NCBI GenBank assembly: GCA_023515725.1 | Contig: JALDTO010000200.1 | Span: 62,001-126,000, forward strand | Reading direction: 5' to 3' | Source of the DNA: Amoeboaphelidium protococcarum X5 | Lineage: Eukaryota > Fungi > Aphelidiomycota | Length of the DNA stretch: 64,000 bases | Part shown: piece after piece, positions 1-13,936 of the stretch | How positions within the stretch are numbered: position 1 is the stretch's first letter | How the letters are laid out: every line of letters begins with the position of its first letter | The notes under the pieces: model-generated | What the model was told of the DNA's origin: nothing | Databases searched by the model: none | The model's input: only the letters and a program-made list of their open reading frames with translations | Made by a program: the position numbers and the translations under genes

Positions 1-2504
1 ATGAAATGACTTCATACATTGATTCTGGCAGAAAGATTACTCATGAAAAGTTGGCAGAGAAGATTGAAGGTGGAATTGCTAATTAGAAGATTATCGATTA
101 ATTACTGCTACCTCCCAACATGGAGACTGACATGTTGGATCTGTGTTATACTCCTATTATTTAGAGTAGAGCACCGTATGATTTTAAGCCATCTGCTCAG
201 TCTAATGGTTAGAATCTGTCTCATACCGGCGTGATTACTGCTTCTCTGGGTGTGAGATACAAGAGTTACTGCTCTAATATTGCGCGTTCATTCTTGATTA
301 ATCCCAGTAAAGACGTGGAGGAGAATTACAAGTTCCTGCTGCGCTTTAGATAGTTTGTACTTTTCACCTTGATCAAGTCTGGAATGAATATGAAATAGGC
401 CTATGATCAAGCAGTTGAGTATATTGGTAGGGAGAAGCCGGAGCTGTAGGATCATTTTGTCAAGAATCTTGGCTTTGTCACTGGTATTGAATTTAGAGAA
501 TCCTCCATGGTCATTGGGAATAAGAGTTCGGATAAAGTGTTCTAGAGTGGAATGACTGTGGTTCTGATATTGGGCTTCAGTGGCCTCAAGACTGTTGACG
601 GTGGTAAAGAGTACGGCCTAGTGCTGAGTGACACTCTGTTAGTCGGCGAGGGGGTCAGTGGGGCTAAATGTCTTACTGGAAATGCTCCAGAGATGGCTGA
701 TATTGTCTTCTATTTGAGTGAAGAGTAGTAATAGAAGCAGCAATCTATTGTGGAGAAGACTGTAATGACCAGGAATGCCAAGTCTGCCATACTTGATGTT
801 AAATTGCGTAATGAAGCTAAAGATGATGTCAATTCCGAGTAGTTGAGAAGAAAGCATTAGAAGTAGCTATTGACACAGCGTGTTTAGGAAGGTATGAATA
901 GATATGGTGATGTTGAAGGTGGTAACGCTGATGCACAGAGACAAGTGTTTCGCCGCTATGAGAGTTATAAGAAGGAATCTCAAGTACCAAAGGAAGTCCG
1001 CAATTGTAGAATCATCATCGATAAAAGAGCAGAGACTGTCATTTTGCCGATTATGGGATATGCTGTGCCATTCCACCTGAACACTCTGAAGAACTTGAGT
1101 AAGAATGAAGAGGGAGACTATTGCTACCTCAGATTCAATTTCAACACTCCGGGTTAGACGGTGAAGAAGGATGAGAATCTTCCGTATGATGATCCAAATG
1201 CCACATTTGTCCGCTCGTTCACGTTCAGATCTAATGAGATTGCCAGATTTAATGAGCTGTACAAGCAGATTACCGAGTGTAAGCGTGACTTGGCCAAGAG
1301 AGAGGCTGAGAGAAAGTAGCGTCAAGATTTGGTGGAGCAAGGAGAGCTGATTTCGAACAAGCGTCCATTGGCCATTCTGTAGGATGTTAATATTCGTCCC
1401 GCGCTGGAGGGAAAGAAGCTGCCTGGTGATCTAGCCATCCATTAGAATGGTGTCCGTTACTCCAATATTCGTGGTGACCAATAGCTGGACATTCTATTTA
1501 GCAATGTGAAGCATCTATTCTTCTAGCCTTGTGATAATGAGCTGTTTGTTATACTGCATTTCCATCTGAAAGACTTCATCATGGTGGGTAAGAAGAAGAC
1601 TAAAGATATATAGTTCATCAGGGAGGCGACGGATGCATCTTTTGATGAGACTGGCAATAGAAGACGCCGCAATTTTGGCGATGAAGATGAGTTGATGGCT
1701 GAGCAGGAGGAGCGTCGTCGTCGTCAGAAGTTGAATCGTGAATTCAAGGTGTTTGCAGAGAAGATTGGAGAGGTGAGTGGTGGCGAGGTGGAGGCTGATA
1801 TGCCTTTCAGAGAATTGGGTTTCAGCGGTGTACCAAGCCGTTCCAATGTTCTACTTCAACCGACGACAGAGTGTCTTATCCACTTGAGTGATCCCCCGTT
1901 TACTGTGATAACATTGAGTGAAGTTGAATTGGCGTACTTGGAACGCGTATAGTTCCATCTGAAGAACTTTGATATTGTCATGATCTTCAAGGATCTGACC
2001 AAGACACCAATACACATCAACACTATTCCAATGAAGATGTTGGAGCATGTGAAAGAGTGGCTGGACTCTGTTGATATTCCATTCTTGGAAGGACCTCTTA
2101 ACTTGAATTGGAATGCCATCCTGAAGAATGTGAATGAAGATCCGTATGGCTTCTATGAAGACGGTGGATGGAATACGCTGAATGAAGAGGCTGATGATGG
2201 AGGAGAAGGTGGCGATGTTGAAGATGAAGAAGACTCTGCCAGTGAATTTGAACCTCCATCTGAGGAGGAGGAAGAGTATGAAGATGATGAATCTGATTTT
2301 GAGGAAGATGATGACGAAGAGGAGGAGGATGAATTCTCTGGCGATAGTGAAGAAGATGAATCTGGTGAGGATTGGGATGAGTTGGAGAAGAAGGCTCGCC
2401 GTGAAGATGACCGTAACAAGTTCCGTGGTGGTAAGTCTAGTCGTGGATATGACGAGGATGACGATGAAGATGATGACACTCGCCCAAAGAAGAAGAAGCG
2501 TTGA
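1..2504 (+). CDS. SPT16: FACT complex subunit Spt16 (5'-partial)
   Basis: One frame from nt 3 to TGA 2502-2504 when TAR=Gln. Motifs CYTPII(TAG=Q)[47 protein letters not shown] and an acidic tail ending RPKKKKR. Confidence 0.97.
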
Positions 2505-2588
2505 TAAGATCTGTGATTTATTAAAAGGTTGATTAAATGAATAACATGATAGCATTCTCAATGTAGTTTCAATCATTTAATGTCAATA

Positions 2589-4295
2589 TCAATTTCTAAT
2601 TGGTCCCTAAACTTTTGATAGTATAAACTACTTCAGACTGTCTGCATTATTTGGTAGTAACTGGACTCTCTTCTACTTTTACATTATACCCAGAAACTAT
2701 TCAGGGATAGGAAATGGTGCATCAGCGCAATGCTCGTGTGTCAACCACGACTATTACTGATCCGTAAGAGAATGCAATTCACTAGATTGACGATCTGATT
2801 ACTGACTTGACACCTACAATTATGACTATAGATCCAGATGTTAAGCAGTCTCCATCTTTTATTTAATTCCTTTATCCACCACACTGAGAAACTTTACAGG
2901 ATGGGCTGTGGCGAGACATACCACCATACTTCCATCACGTTATGCCAATTTCAACTTTCTCGCTACATGAACAGCACACGCAGTATGGGGATCCAGCACA
3001 TACTTACCATCACTATTGTACACGGAGTGGATGGATCGCAATATACCATCATCAGTCGCGGTATCAACTGAAAAATACTTATTAGCTTGGTGCAAAATCT
3101 ACTAGCCGAACTTGTGATCCAACACGCTAAATCTACCATCACTTTTGAGCTATTTCATCCAGCCTCTAATACACTCAGACGCCCGGTCAGAAGCATCCCA
3201 AGTCTCCAAATTATCATTCTATTGCATAATCACTTCTTACACTGTATGATGCAGAAATCTTTCAAAATTACTACTAATCTAAATGTCCATCGCAGGCGCA
3301 TAAGTCTCCAGTGCCGTTTACTTCTCGTACTTGCCAGTCTTAAAGAAGCGATACAGAATATCATTTGCATTCGTCGCAATAACCAGTCGATCAACCGGAA
3401 GTCCCATCTTGAGCGCATAAAAACCAGCCAGGATATCACCAAAATTACCTGTTGGCACGACAAACGTTACTTTGCGGCCATGAAATCCATTGAGAATATC
3501 TGACTTATACTTGCTCTATAGCTCGTTGTAAGAGTGAAAGTAATAAGTAATCTGAGCCATTATACGCGCCCAATTGATAGAATTAACAGCACCCAGATTT
3601 ACAGAGCGATTAAACTCAACATCACTGAACAACTGCTTCACCAGATCCTGACAATCATCAAATGTACCACCATCACCAATGGCTATATTATGAATATTCT
3701 CATCCAAGACAGTGGTCATCTGAGCCTCTTGAATCGGACTAATCTTTTGATGTGGATGCAGAATAAAACATTCAATATTCTTCTTACCTCTCAGACCATA
3801 AATCGCTGCACCACCAGTATCTCCACTCGTAGCACCCAAAATAGTCAATCTATTCACACCACTACCTATACCCGACTATGCGTGCGCATGTTCCTACTCT
3901 AATTTACCATTACCTAAAAAATACTCAAATACATTCCCCAGAAATTAAAGTGCCACGTCTTTGAAGGCAAAAGTTGGGCCATGGAACAGTTCAAGTACAA
4001 AGAGATCATCACCATCAACCCTCACAGTTCTGACAACGTCCTCGAGTGCAAATGTACCATAACTCTTGTCTATAATCAACCTCAAATCCTCAGATGGTAT
4101 TTAATCGTTAGATATAAACTAGGAGAATACAGCGAAGGCCATGTCACGGTATGACTTGCCATTAAAAGTGCTAATATCCACTTGAGGTATCACCGACGGC
4201 ATGTACAATCCACCATCAGCCGCCAGTCCTTCCATCACCACATCCTTGAATATCTTTTGCACACTTCGATCAGATCTCGTTGATTTATACTTCAT
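2589..4295 (-). CDS. THR4: Threonine synthase
   Basis: Starts MKYKSTRS..GLAADGGLYMP. Motifs LELFHGPTFAFKD, GATSGDTGGAA, GAVNSINWARIMAQITYYF, VPTGNFGDILAG, LDPHTA, LATAHPVKF. Ends at TGA. Confidence 0.96.
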
Positions 4296-4591
4296 ACTTT
4301 ATTATACTATGATTTTAAAAGACAGCGAATTAATTCCAAGTATAGATTATAAACTTATGAAGAGTATATAGAGCTATGAAAAGATGTAATGAAGAGAACC
4401 AGTTATGAAAGTTGCCAATCGATCGGCCGGATTTTGATCGTCGTTGGCGAAGACTTAACTCAGCACCTTGAGTGCACCGATATAGTTTAATCAAGTGATG
4501 ATATGTGTCGGTTGATTATAACTTAACTTTTAATGAGGAAATTAAAAAATAACGAGAGTTTAAAACAATGAACTGTGTATTTATATGTAAA

Positions 4592-6403
4592 TCATGCATT
4601 TTGCGGAATAGACTTCTGTTGGAGCTTTAATTGAATGCCATACTTACTAGAGTCGTGAAATATTTGATATGATACAGGGCAGTAATCGGCGCCATCAGGA
4701 AGATTAAGCGAAATCGCGTAGCAAACGTATAGACTATCCATGACGCAGGTGAGGAGATGCATAAAGTACTTGATCATGAAGAATGGGGTGATGAGGGACA
4801 TCAGCGTGTAGGATGACGCCTTCTGCTCATAACTCATCGCCTGTCTCGCGATAAAGTACGTGAGCAGGGATAGAATCACCGGTCCAAATTACAGAATCAA
4901 TTTGGTAAGTAGGTCGATAATCATGCCATTCAATACGCGCTTCCTGAACAAGTCTAAGCACGACCGCGATGCCTCCATAAAGCTCATTCCACTGTAAGCC
5001 ATGTATACAATCGCGTAGCTGTTTATTCCATCCACTGCCTTTTCCATGTACATAGTGTAAGTTAAAAGGGAGGATAACATCGTGACTTTCTCGAGCCAAT
5101 ACCGCATCATTCGGAGCACTACGCGGACCATTTGGACGAATGAGACAATAAAGGCGGCCAGACAGAGACTGCCAAAGTTCCAAGATACGGATCGCTGGAA
5201 AGATTTCATTGCACTGCTGGCGGCACTGTGATGACTATCATTCCTATGAAAGTACCAATCGGCTACTATACCGGATATTGTACACTACTCCACGTACAAG
5301 AATATTGATGAAGACCACAGAAACACACCGACGTAGCCGATAACTTTCAGAATCTCTGCGCTTTCAATCTAGCCGATTGAACCATAAAGTAGTAGAGCAT
5401 AGGCAGAAGAGAATGCAACATAAGCAGCCAATATGAGGATTGATAATAAAATCATTTGTGGACATTCAACCAGCACCTGACACGATAATTGAACTAATTT
5501 GGAGCTATTATGAATGGAGTCTTGTTTAGATTTGATGAGATGGACGACAATGAAACACGATATGAAACTACCTGCAGATATCACGTAAGTATACCATGCA
5601 TCAGATGGTAGTGCCACCCAGCAGAAACTTCCTGTGAATAAAAGTCCAGCAGGGACAGCCAGTATTGTGCCCCATAACAGAGATTAAGGAAATCGCCATA
5701 ATAGAAATATCCATCCTAATCCAATTCCGATCGACACCAAGTCCAGAGACGCGTAAGTGCCAAATTGCGGCATGGATATATACTAAAATTAAATAGCCAT
5801 ACTAAATATTGCAGCAGCTAAGCTGAAGATATACAGGTATTTGAACATAGAATCTTGGTAATACTCGCCAGCATTTTAAATCAATCCAGATCCACTGGCA
5901 AAATGATGACCATCCTCGATATCATCATTCGCACGGGATGTATCGGATATAAGAGTATTGTACATATTAAGGCGATCATTACCTTTACCGCTAGATGCCA
6001 TGTAAGATTCAAGGCTGTTATTAAGATTTTAGCCAAGCGCAGAAGATAGCGCCGATTAATCCTAATGCTAATTCATCTAGCCCAGGCGACTACTAAGAGG
6101 AGTGAGATATTGTTTCGACTACTGATTAATACGAGGCGATGCCATTTAAGAATTTATAGCACTTTATCCATTATAGCTCACGTATTCAGACTGGCTGTCA
6201 TCATTATCATCAACTACCGCGAAGGGTGGTCTTTCAGACAACAGCGACTCTTACAGAGTATTAATATTTAGCTAGTTATTCTCCCTATTGAAATCCTTAG
6301 GATCCATTTAATACTTGTTATTATTACTATTATTATCTATATCCCCAAGATATTCGCTATTTTAATCATCACTATAACTATCGCTCATGTGACTATTATC
6401 CAT
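4592..6403 (-). CDS. Choline-transporter-like (CTL/Pns1 family) membrane protein
   Basis: Continuous frame joining ORFs 5369-5617, 4889-5209 and 4592-4879. Multiple TM segments. Motifs GIVADWYF, NFGSLCLAAFIVSFVQ, NSYAIVYMAYSGMSFMEASR, MDSLYVCYA. Start is approximate (ATG 6403 or 6388). Confidence 0.85.
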
Positions 6404-7002
6404 GCTGATAATAATAATGCTGATGTATTTGTTGTTGTTGTTGTTGTTTCAAGACGAAAGAAGAAACGACGCGCCTCTTCTCACCGATCACACTATCCTG
6501 GAAGGATAATTGATCACGCGTATCTTCTGATTGGCTGACGAGTAATTCATTTACGTCTGCCATCAGTTGTTTTAATGCTAGCCGTTGCAATTAATAAATA
6601 CTGCTATGTAGTTAGAACTGAGGATAAAGATTTTAAATTTATTACTATGCTTTTTGTTGTTGAACTTAATTTGTTCATAATCTACTACATCCTTGCATAT
6701 TTTACATTCACCATCACTCAAGTTGCTGTTCATCCTCACTTGATTTACGTGATTGTCACAGTTTTTTATGAACCATTATATGTGCCAAATTTGACAGTAT
6801 CTCGTGATACTGTAAGTGTAAAACAGAAAGATATCTGAATGCCTATCCACTCAATGTTTCACCTTGGTCGCCATGGAAACACGATAGATTAACTCCATAC
6901 CGAAACAACTTCTGATCGGTACTGATTCTAACACTATTAAAGATATTCAAGATTATTACAGTTTAATTGATTGATTTACAACTTTGATTACGGTAGAAAA
7001 TT

Positions 7003-9312
7003 ATGAGTTTGGAATCTTATTTAGCGAGCAAGAGTAGAGATAGACATTTCACAGAGCAGGGAAGCGATGTGTGTCTGTCAGAGTTTGATGAGAAGTCTTA
7101 CATGAGCTTCCCTGAGAACGATCTTTATTCAGTCAAATCACCATCTAGGAAGAGTCGGGCTGGCAGTAAATATAACACTGTTAGAAGCGCAATAGTTTAT
7201 GATGAAGATGATGTTGAATGCTCGGATGCAATGAAGGATCTACAACAAGACATCGTGTAAACTGTGTCCTTCTCTGGATGGGCATACCGACGATCAATCA
7301 TGGTCAATAAAAAGCTGTTTGTAAGAGCAGATGGAGGGACATTCAAAGTCTATAAGGATGAGTATGCTGTGAGTCCAAGTAAAGAGTACCGCTATGCGGA
7401 ATCTTAGGTCATCTCCAAGGACAGTCTTAAAAAGTATGAGTTGCATTTGAATGGCGATGTCTATTGTTTCAAGTAGAAACTTGATCGCGATCTCGTCATG
7501 TCTCTGATCTCGTCTATGCCTCAAGACGCGCAGATTGTTGATGACATTGACGAGTCTAGATTGTATGATTAAACTATCATGTCTCCTTTTTCCGCATCTC
7601 CGGTCAATTAAGCGTCTGCTACGGACGTTGATGGCTTTGGTGTTAGCTCAAGATCGTTGTAGTGCAATGAGAGTGCTGTTGCCATATCCACATATCAGTA
7701 ACACGAGAAGGCTGCAAGTGCAACATGCAATTAGTCTGACAATGATACCAAAGCTTGCGTCGTTGATATCTAGAACCAAGTATCTGCCCTGTCAAGTATT
7801 ATCAGCACGCACTAGCAGTAGAGTTTAGGTGTGGTGCAAGCATCTGCTGAAGAGTAAAGATCGAAATTTGCGTTGTTAAAGTAGAAAATTGACTCTATTG
7901 CTGCTTCTATTGAAAAGCTTGAGTGCAAAAATGGCAATGAGTAGTCGAGTGCATTTGATTTTACCTAATTGAACAGATCCATCTAGGCTATCTCCGCCGA
8001 GATTAAGAGCATTCCTGTCTCTGATAATAAGCAGTAGTTTGAAGCCGTGTCTGATTCATTGTCCAAGATTTTGGAGTACCTGTCAAAGACTGTTGACATT
8101 TAGAATTTGTCCGACGCGTCATTCCACTGTAAGCTAGACAGTATCATCGACAAGCTGACTATGTAGACCGCAAAGTCTCCTAAAGAAAGCTCTTAGATCA
8201 GCTAAGCATCTGTATAGCTAGATAGAATCGAAGCTGAAGTTGTAAATATTAGTCGATCTGCCATGTAGTAGTAAGCTTCCGCGTCCTCGCAACAGGATTT
8301 GACTGGAAATGTAGTAAAGTAGATCAATATGCTATAAAAAGTATTACAGGGATTTGAAAAGCAAGGCTCTACATAGACAGCGGATATGAAAAGCCTTAGA
8401 TCTGAGGTGGAGACAGTGCAAAATAAACTCTCCTAATTGTTAAGTAGTGTTGGTACGTTTCCATAGAGTACCGACTTAATTGTCAAGGACGTTCAACAGG
8501 CTGTCTCAGAAGTCAAAGCTATCTTGCATAGTCACAAGGCGTAGTCCGATATCACTCCGCTATCACCACAAGTTGTTTAAGATACTGTACGCGCAAGATC
8601 TGTGTCGCCTTCAAAGATGAACGGCCATGACACCATTGTGGTGGTAAATCACTTGCTAGATTTGAGCAAGAATGTGAATGATTTGCGTACCCAGCTTAAC
8701 AACTACAGTCTGCAAACTAACACCAACTATAAGAACTTGAACTAGACGATGTCTACGATGCAGCAAAAGTCTACATCAAAAGTTGACAATGCAACGCTGC
8801 TGGACGCGTTTAAAGAGTCAAAGGGTCAGATCTTGTCTGCGATCCAAGAAGGTTTGGTAGATAGTTTGGAATAGTTGACAAAGTCTTAGTAATAGGTATC
8901 TAAGAGTGAGCAGGATCCTAGGTTCAAAGTGATTTTGGAAGAAATTGAACATTTGTAATATGGATTTTAGAATTAGATGACCGGTTTTAAGAAGATGTTG
9001 CAGAGTGTTACTGCTGAAAAGGAGGCTTTAGCCAAAGACAATGCCGAATTAAGAGCAAAGTTGTCTCAGCCTAAAGGGACCCAAATGTCAGTTCAAAAAG
9101 ATTCGGCAGTGGAAGCAGTTACTCAGTAAATCAAGGTGTTGGTTTAGTAGAAAAACTAGCTTCAAAATGATGTTGAACGCGAACTGGCTATTCTATCCTC
9201 CATTAAAGAGATAAATAAGGTGAACAAGATTGTTTATAGAATACCGGCCAATGGCGTGAGAAATGGAGCCATGCTGAAACAAGTGAGGCGCGTTGTGAGT
9301 TTTGGTCAGTGA
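7003..9312 (+). CDS. Hypothetical long coiled-coil protein, possible PH-like segment near the N-terminus
   Basis: ATG 7003 to TGA 9310-9312 in one frame with TAR=Gln. The segment GWAYRRSIMVNKKLFVRADGGTFKVYKDE is followed by heptad-rich S/Q/K/E sequence. Confidence 0.7.
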
Positions 9313-9435
9313 TACTCCGAAAGGTCTTGAGATGATGAACACTTAAACGATGATGATTGATAAGATTAATAAAATGGTTTTAAAATGAGAGATTATTATT
9401 TGAATATTAAGTAATTAATAAATTCTATTTCAAAA

Positions 9436-10023
9436 TCAATGAGGTATACGAAGTTTGGCAACGTCAACATGGCATGTGATGTTGCACGACTTGGCGAGCT
9501 TGAACTGAAACAGGCGGTCGGTGTCTTGCATAACTTGCCCATTGAACTATATTTTCATGCAATCCATGAAACTATCTGATCTACCACTCTCTAAAGCTGT
9601 GTGTCGAACATTAATGCCAACATGCAGCGCGGTGGGACTCTATCCATCTTCAGAGTGATAATCTGACACGGGTGATTGCGCTTAGTCAGCAACTGGCGAT
9701 TTCACATGAGCATAGTAATCGATATTTCGACCTGTAGTAACATTCTCAGGCTCCACTCTCTGCAGGTACATATGATATGCAAGAGGCTCAATCAGCTTTT
9801 TCAATTAACGCACAGATTACATGGTATCGATCTCTCGAAGTTGCATAACCTTGGGCTTGGCGTTGTTATCACTGCACTCCAACAATTGGCAATCAGTCGT
9901 TGAGGGCGTAACTGAGTCATCATCAGCAAGCGAAATCTCGACATTAATATCCACGAACAGAAAAGTATCACTAGGTATTTAAGTAAGGTCCCACACGGCA
10001 TTACTTCTTCTTAAAACTGCCAT
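9436..10023 (-). CDS. Hypothetical 195-aa protein with ubiquitin-like features
   Basis: ATG 10023 to TGA 9436 open with TAR=Gln. Contains SVRQLKKLIE and MKIQFNGQVMQDTDRLFQFKLAKSCNITCHV. Confidence 0.6.
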
Positions 10024-10672
10024 TATTTATTTCTTATTTAATGCTAGTTTAATGATCAGCGGTATAATTTAATAAATGCGTTTGAAGTAGAAGAGATCAG
10101 AATCACAGAGACTTGTGAGTTGAACAACTGCGTCAGTAATGCTAAAAGTAGTAACGAAATTTGCTATAATGGTTAAAAGAGAGCCACAATGATTTGGAAA
10201 GCTAAATATAGTAATGCGAGTAATTAAAGTAAGAGAAGATGCCAAAATGATAAAATTCAATAGACAAGCAAGGGGCGTGTGTACCCCGACCCAAAGAACC
10301 GGCACAATAAATTTGTGATCAAAGGCATCACGTCGCAGAATGGCGATTATCACAACTATTACTTATTCTGGTGCAGGTAAGAAAGTTATCATTAAAGCAT
10401 ACCTTATAAACTATACGATAGCTTCATGTTTTGCCACATTTCCTTATAATTGTGTAATGAGAGTCCTTACGACCGTTCTATCCATTCACTCTAATGCTTA
10501 GTAAAAGATGGCCAAGGCAGAAACGCGGTCGCTTTTTAGTTTTCTTTTCAACTACGCGCGATAATTGTCACTAGTGTTGTGTACAGTTTCCTTTTATTAC
10601 ATTTAGTTGTTAAGCTGTTGATATTTCTCTCGAGTTACACTAGAGTATAGATAGTTTAGTATTAGTTTAAAT

Positions 10673-12088
10673 ATGAGTCTGAAGAAAAGAGCTAGACCGG
10701 CAACGTCCGAGGAGGAGAGTAGTGTGTAGTCATCGCATAATTTTAGCGATGATAATAATGATAATGATACCCATGTCTAAATGGGGTCATCCGCTCACGG
10801 TAAAGGCGCTTCAGATGATATTAGAAAAAAGTACGCAGACTACAAGGTGCATCTATCTCTGAAATCTCAGCCGAATGTACCTGCTTTCTTGATAAAATTG
10901 TACAATATGGTCAATGACAAAGGGTGTGATGATATGATCCAGTGGTCTCCAGATGGAATGTCTTTTATTGTATTGAACTAGGAAGATTTCTCTTAGTACG
11001 TGCTGCCAAAGTTCTTCAAGCATAATAATTTCAGCTCTTTTGTGCGTTAGCTGAATATGTACGGCTTTCACAAGGTTGTGGATGTCTTGCAGGGTGTCAA
11101 GTAAGACTAGAGTAGTACTGAGAGACAAGAGTTTAAGCAGGACTTCTTCCAGCGGGATAATCCAAAGTTGATGGAGCAAATGAAGAGGAAAGCTGCGGTA
11201 AAGTCTGCATAAGCCAAATTGGAAAATGCAATTTAGTTATTGGCCGGTAGTGGTAGTGGTGGTAATAGCATTGTTGGTACCTCTGGCGGTGGTGGCACTG
11301 GTAACAATATGTTGTCCACATTGAATGCTAGTGATGTTGGTATAATCATACAGGAGATTAATGCTATTAAGTAGACTTAATTGGCTATCACTCAGGAGAT
11401 GCAGAATATCTCGCAATAGAATGAGATTATATGGAAGGAGATGATGTAGTAGTAGTAGCGACATTAGCAGCAAGAATTGGTTGTAAATAATATTGTCAGA
11501 TTTTTGGCTCAATTAGCCAAGTTGGACAAGAGTGGTACTTTGAAAGGCAGAGTGGAGCAGTAGTTTTCATAATTGCTCTAACATGCCACGTAATCTTCGC
11601 CTGGTGGGGTGAAGCAGCCGTATTTAATAGGAGACAGTTAATCTCTAGACGATAATGATGTCTATAGTAATGACGGAGATAATTTCGCACTTAATGAGTC
11701 CACCAATGCTCTGATGCAAAGCTTATCTAGCTAATAATAATCATAATAGCCTTCTATATAGCAAATTCCGTCTCCATCAGACACGTCGCCATCATCTTCT
11801 CGTGGATAACAAGGATAATAATTGACAATGTCACCAATGAATCCGTCTGCATATAAGCCTTAACAGCAGCAGTTTCAGTAGCCGTCATTATAGATGAATC
11901 CGTCAAAATTACTTACTCAAGTTCCGTATAATTAAAGCCATATTAATGATATAAGCAGCGATTTGGAGATTCTGAACGATAACATTAACGATGTCACTGG
12001 CGCGTTGGGATACGATTTGGACCAATTCAGTTCTATTGAAGATTTTTTAAACGAAATCTAAACTGATAATAAATAATAGTAATAATGA
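10673..12088 (+). CDS. HSF1: Heat shock transcription factor (HSF DNA-binding domain plus HR-A/B)
   Basis: VPAFLIKLYNMV, IQWSPDGMSFIV, LPKFFKHNNFSSFVR(TAG=Q)LNMYGFHKV, then the heptad region QNEILWKEMM and a Q-rich tail to TGA 12086-12088. Confidence 0.92.
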
Positions 12089-12252
12089 ATATGTGATATC
12101 CACATCATTATAATTAAATGTTTTAGCAGTAGATTTTTCTATATTTGAATTTTCATCATTCTAAACTTTGTAACAGTCTTTCAGCTCATTCATTCATCAT
12201 GGTATTCAAGTTCTGACCGACTATTCATTCGTATATACTTTTATACTTCTCA

Positions 12253-12657
12253 TCAGAGCATAAACGCAATACACGCGATAATACTGAGCATCGCTGCAGC
12301 GTTAGTGTAAACTTGAGAGCCGCCACCAAAGGTATAAGTGGGGACAAATGTGTTATTCTGGGGGAGGACGGTACTGATTGGCACCACGGTCTGCATAGTA
12401 CTCGATGAAACCACATACTCCTGAGTGGATAGCAGCACAGTCGACGTGAAATTTCCTTTATCAGCTTATGAGATGGTTGTAACAGAGGGTGATCCTGATA
12501 CAGTGCCAGATTATGTAGTGGTAACTTGGGACTAGCTAGTCTTCTGATGTGATGTGGTGGTTATTTAGAGCTACGATGAAGTTTCTACTGGTTGCAACAG
12601 CGGATAGACTTGAAACAACACTACGGAAATCAACCAAATGCTGCGTGTCAACTGCAT
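12253..12657 (-). CDS. Small secreted Ser/Thr-rich, probably GPI-anchored protein
   Basis: Signal-like N-terminus MQLTRSIWLISVVLFQVYPLL, T/S-rich body, hydrophobic C-terminus NAAAMLSIIACIAFML then TGA. Confidence 0.75.
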
Positions 12658-13019
12658 TTAATACTGTCTTATTCTATTTATGTTATATATAATTATTGGC
12701 GCTTTTAGTTCAGAGTGAAGTGCCAATGTAGGAGATAAAGATAGCATTAATTTCAGCAATGCCTAAAAGATCGATGGGACTTTTGCGTGGCAACCGCTAA
12801 AATGTCGTTGCCATGCTGACGACTGATCGCTATGCGCTTACGAAAGTTAACTACGCGTCATCAGGGACAATATGTGAAGGTGCTATCACGTTCAGAATAG
12901 ATGGTTTAAAATGCCCATTGGGTTAGAAAAGTTTCAACACTTTAAAAGGCTATTTCAGCAGCCAATTTTATTCCATTCAACCTCATCATTAATCATCAAA
13001 CGATCACCCATCAAACCAT

Positions 13020-13820
13020 TCAGAGCAACAAAGCCAAACCAGCGGCGAAGCTGAACAACGCTGCAGCATTACAGTACGACTGTTCTCCAGAGCTAGGCAC
13101 TATGGTGTTATTACTTAAAGGAACAACTGTGCCAATAGCAATAACAGTTTTACGCGTGCTAGAAGACACCACGTAATCCTGAGTGGAGTAAATAGTCAAG
13201 GTGGTGAACCTAGCTTATCCAGCAGAGGTTGTAGTGGCCTGAACAGTTGCAGTAGGAGACTTGGAGCTAGAACTTGACGATGATGAACTGCTTGATGACG
13301 ATGAAGAGGAGCTGCTACTTGCGGCAGGAGCAGCTTCAGCTACAGCGCCGACTAGTTTTGGACCCTGATTAGAAGTCGAAGTAGTTGTTACAGCGTAGGC
13401 GGTTTGAGTAGCCGACACCACACCACCACCAATTTGACTTCCTACTTGCGTTTAAACAATCGCTTCGGCCTAGATAGACTACAAAAGCGGAGGCGTACCG
13501 GTAGGCGTTGAGAAGCCCGACATGTCCGGAGTCATATTGACCACAGTATTACTTGGTTGGATGGCAGGCTCACCTATTGGTTATGCATCGCCTACAACTG
13601 CAGCTTTCTCAGGCTCGACAGTTGCAGAGATTTGAGTGGAAGTAGCATAAGAATTCGCGGTAGATGTACCAAGCACAGTAGCATACATTCCAGGATCAGG
13701 AAGCTTTATGCCACTACCATCTCCCGGTAGGACCATTCCTCCTGATGAACCAGCTTTAGCTTAAGACGCTACCAGAGATGCGGCCACCAGGAGCAGAGTT
13801 GCACTTGTAACAGATACCAT
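13020..13820 (-). CDS. Secreted Ser/Thr/Ala-rich, probably GPI-anchored protein; paralog of 12253-12657
   Basis: Signal MVSVTSATLLLVAASLVASQAKA, poly-Ser tract, C-terminus STQDYVVSSST..NAAALFSFAAGLALLL then TGA. Confidence 0.78.
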
Positions 13821-13901
13821 GTAAGTTGATTCAAATCAGTTAAGTTTAGAGATTCACGCGAAAGCTTTGCAAGGTACAGCGATGCAATGACTTATTAGTT
13901 A

Positions 13902-13902
13902 G

Positions 13903-13936
<34 letters not shown>
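13902..13936. repeat. (GAT)n trinucleotide microsatellite
   Basis: About 11 tandem GAT units upstream of the 13820 start codon. Confidence 0.9.

Noticed and set aside
1851-2576. Long antisense ORFs (241 aa and poly-Ser 108 aa), and similar shadow ORFs over CCT4, CRM1, GLT1 and ENA
   Set aside because: They are shadows of well-supported genes on the opposite strand and show no independent motifs.
6396-6590. 64-aa Q-rich ORF upstream of the CTL gene
   Set aside because: Different frame, no supported splice junction, and it lies in a promoter with a (CAA)n tract.
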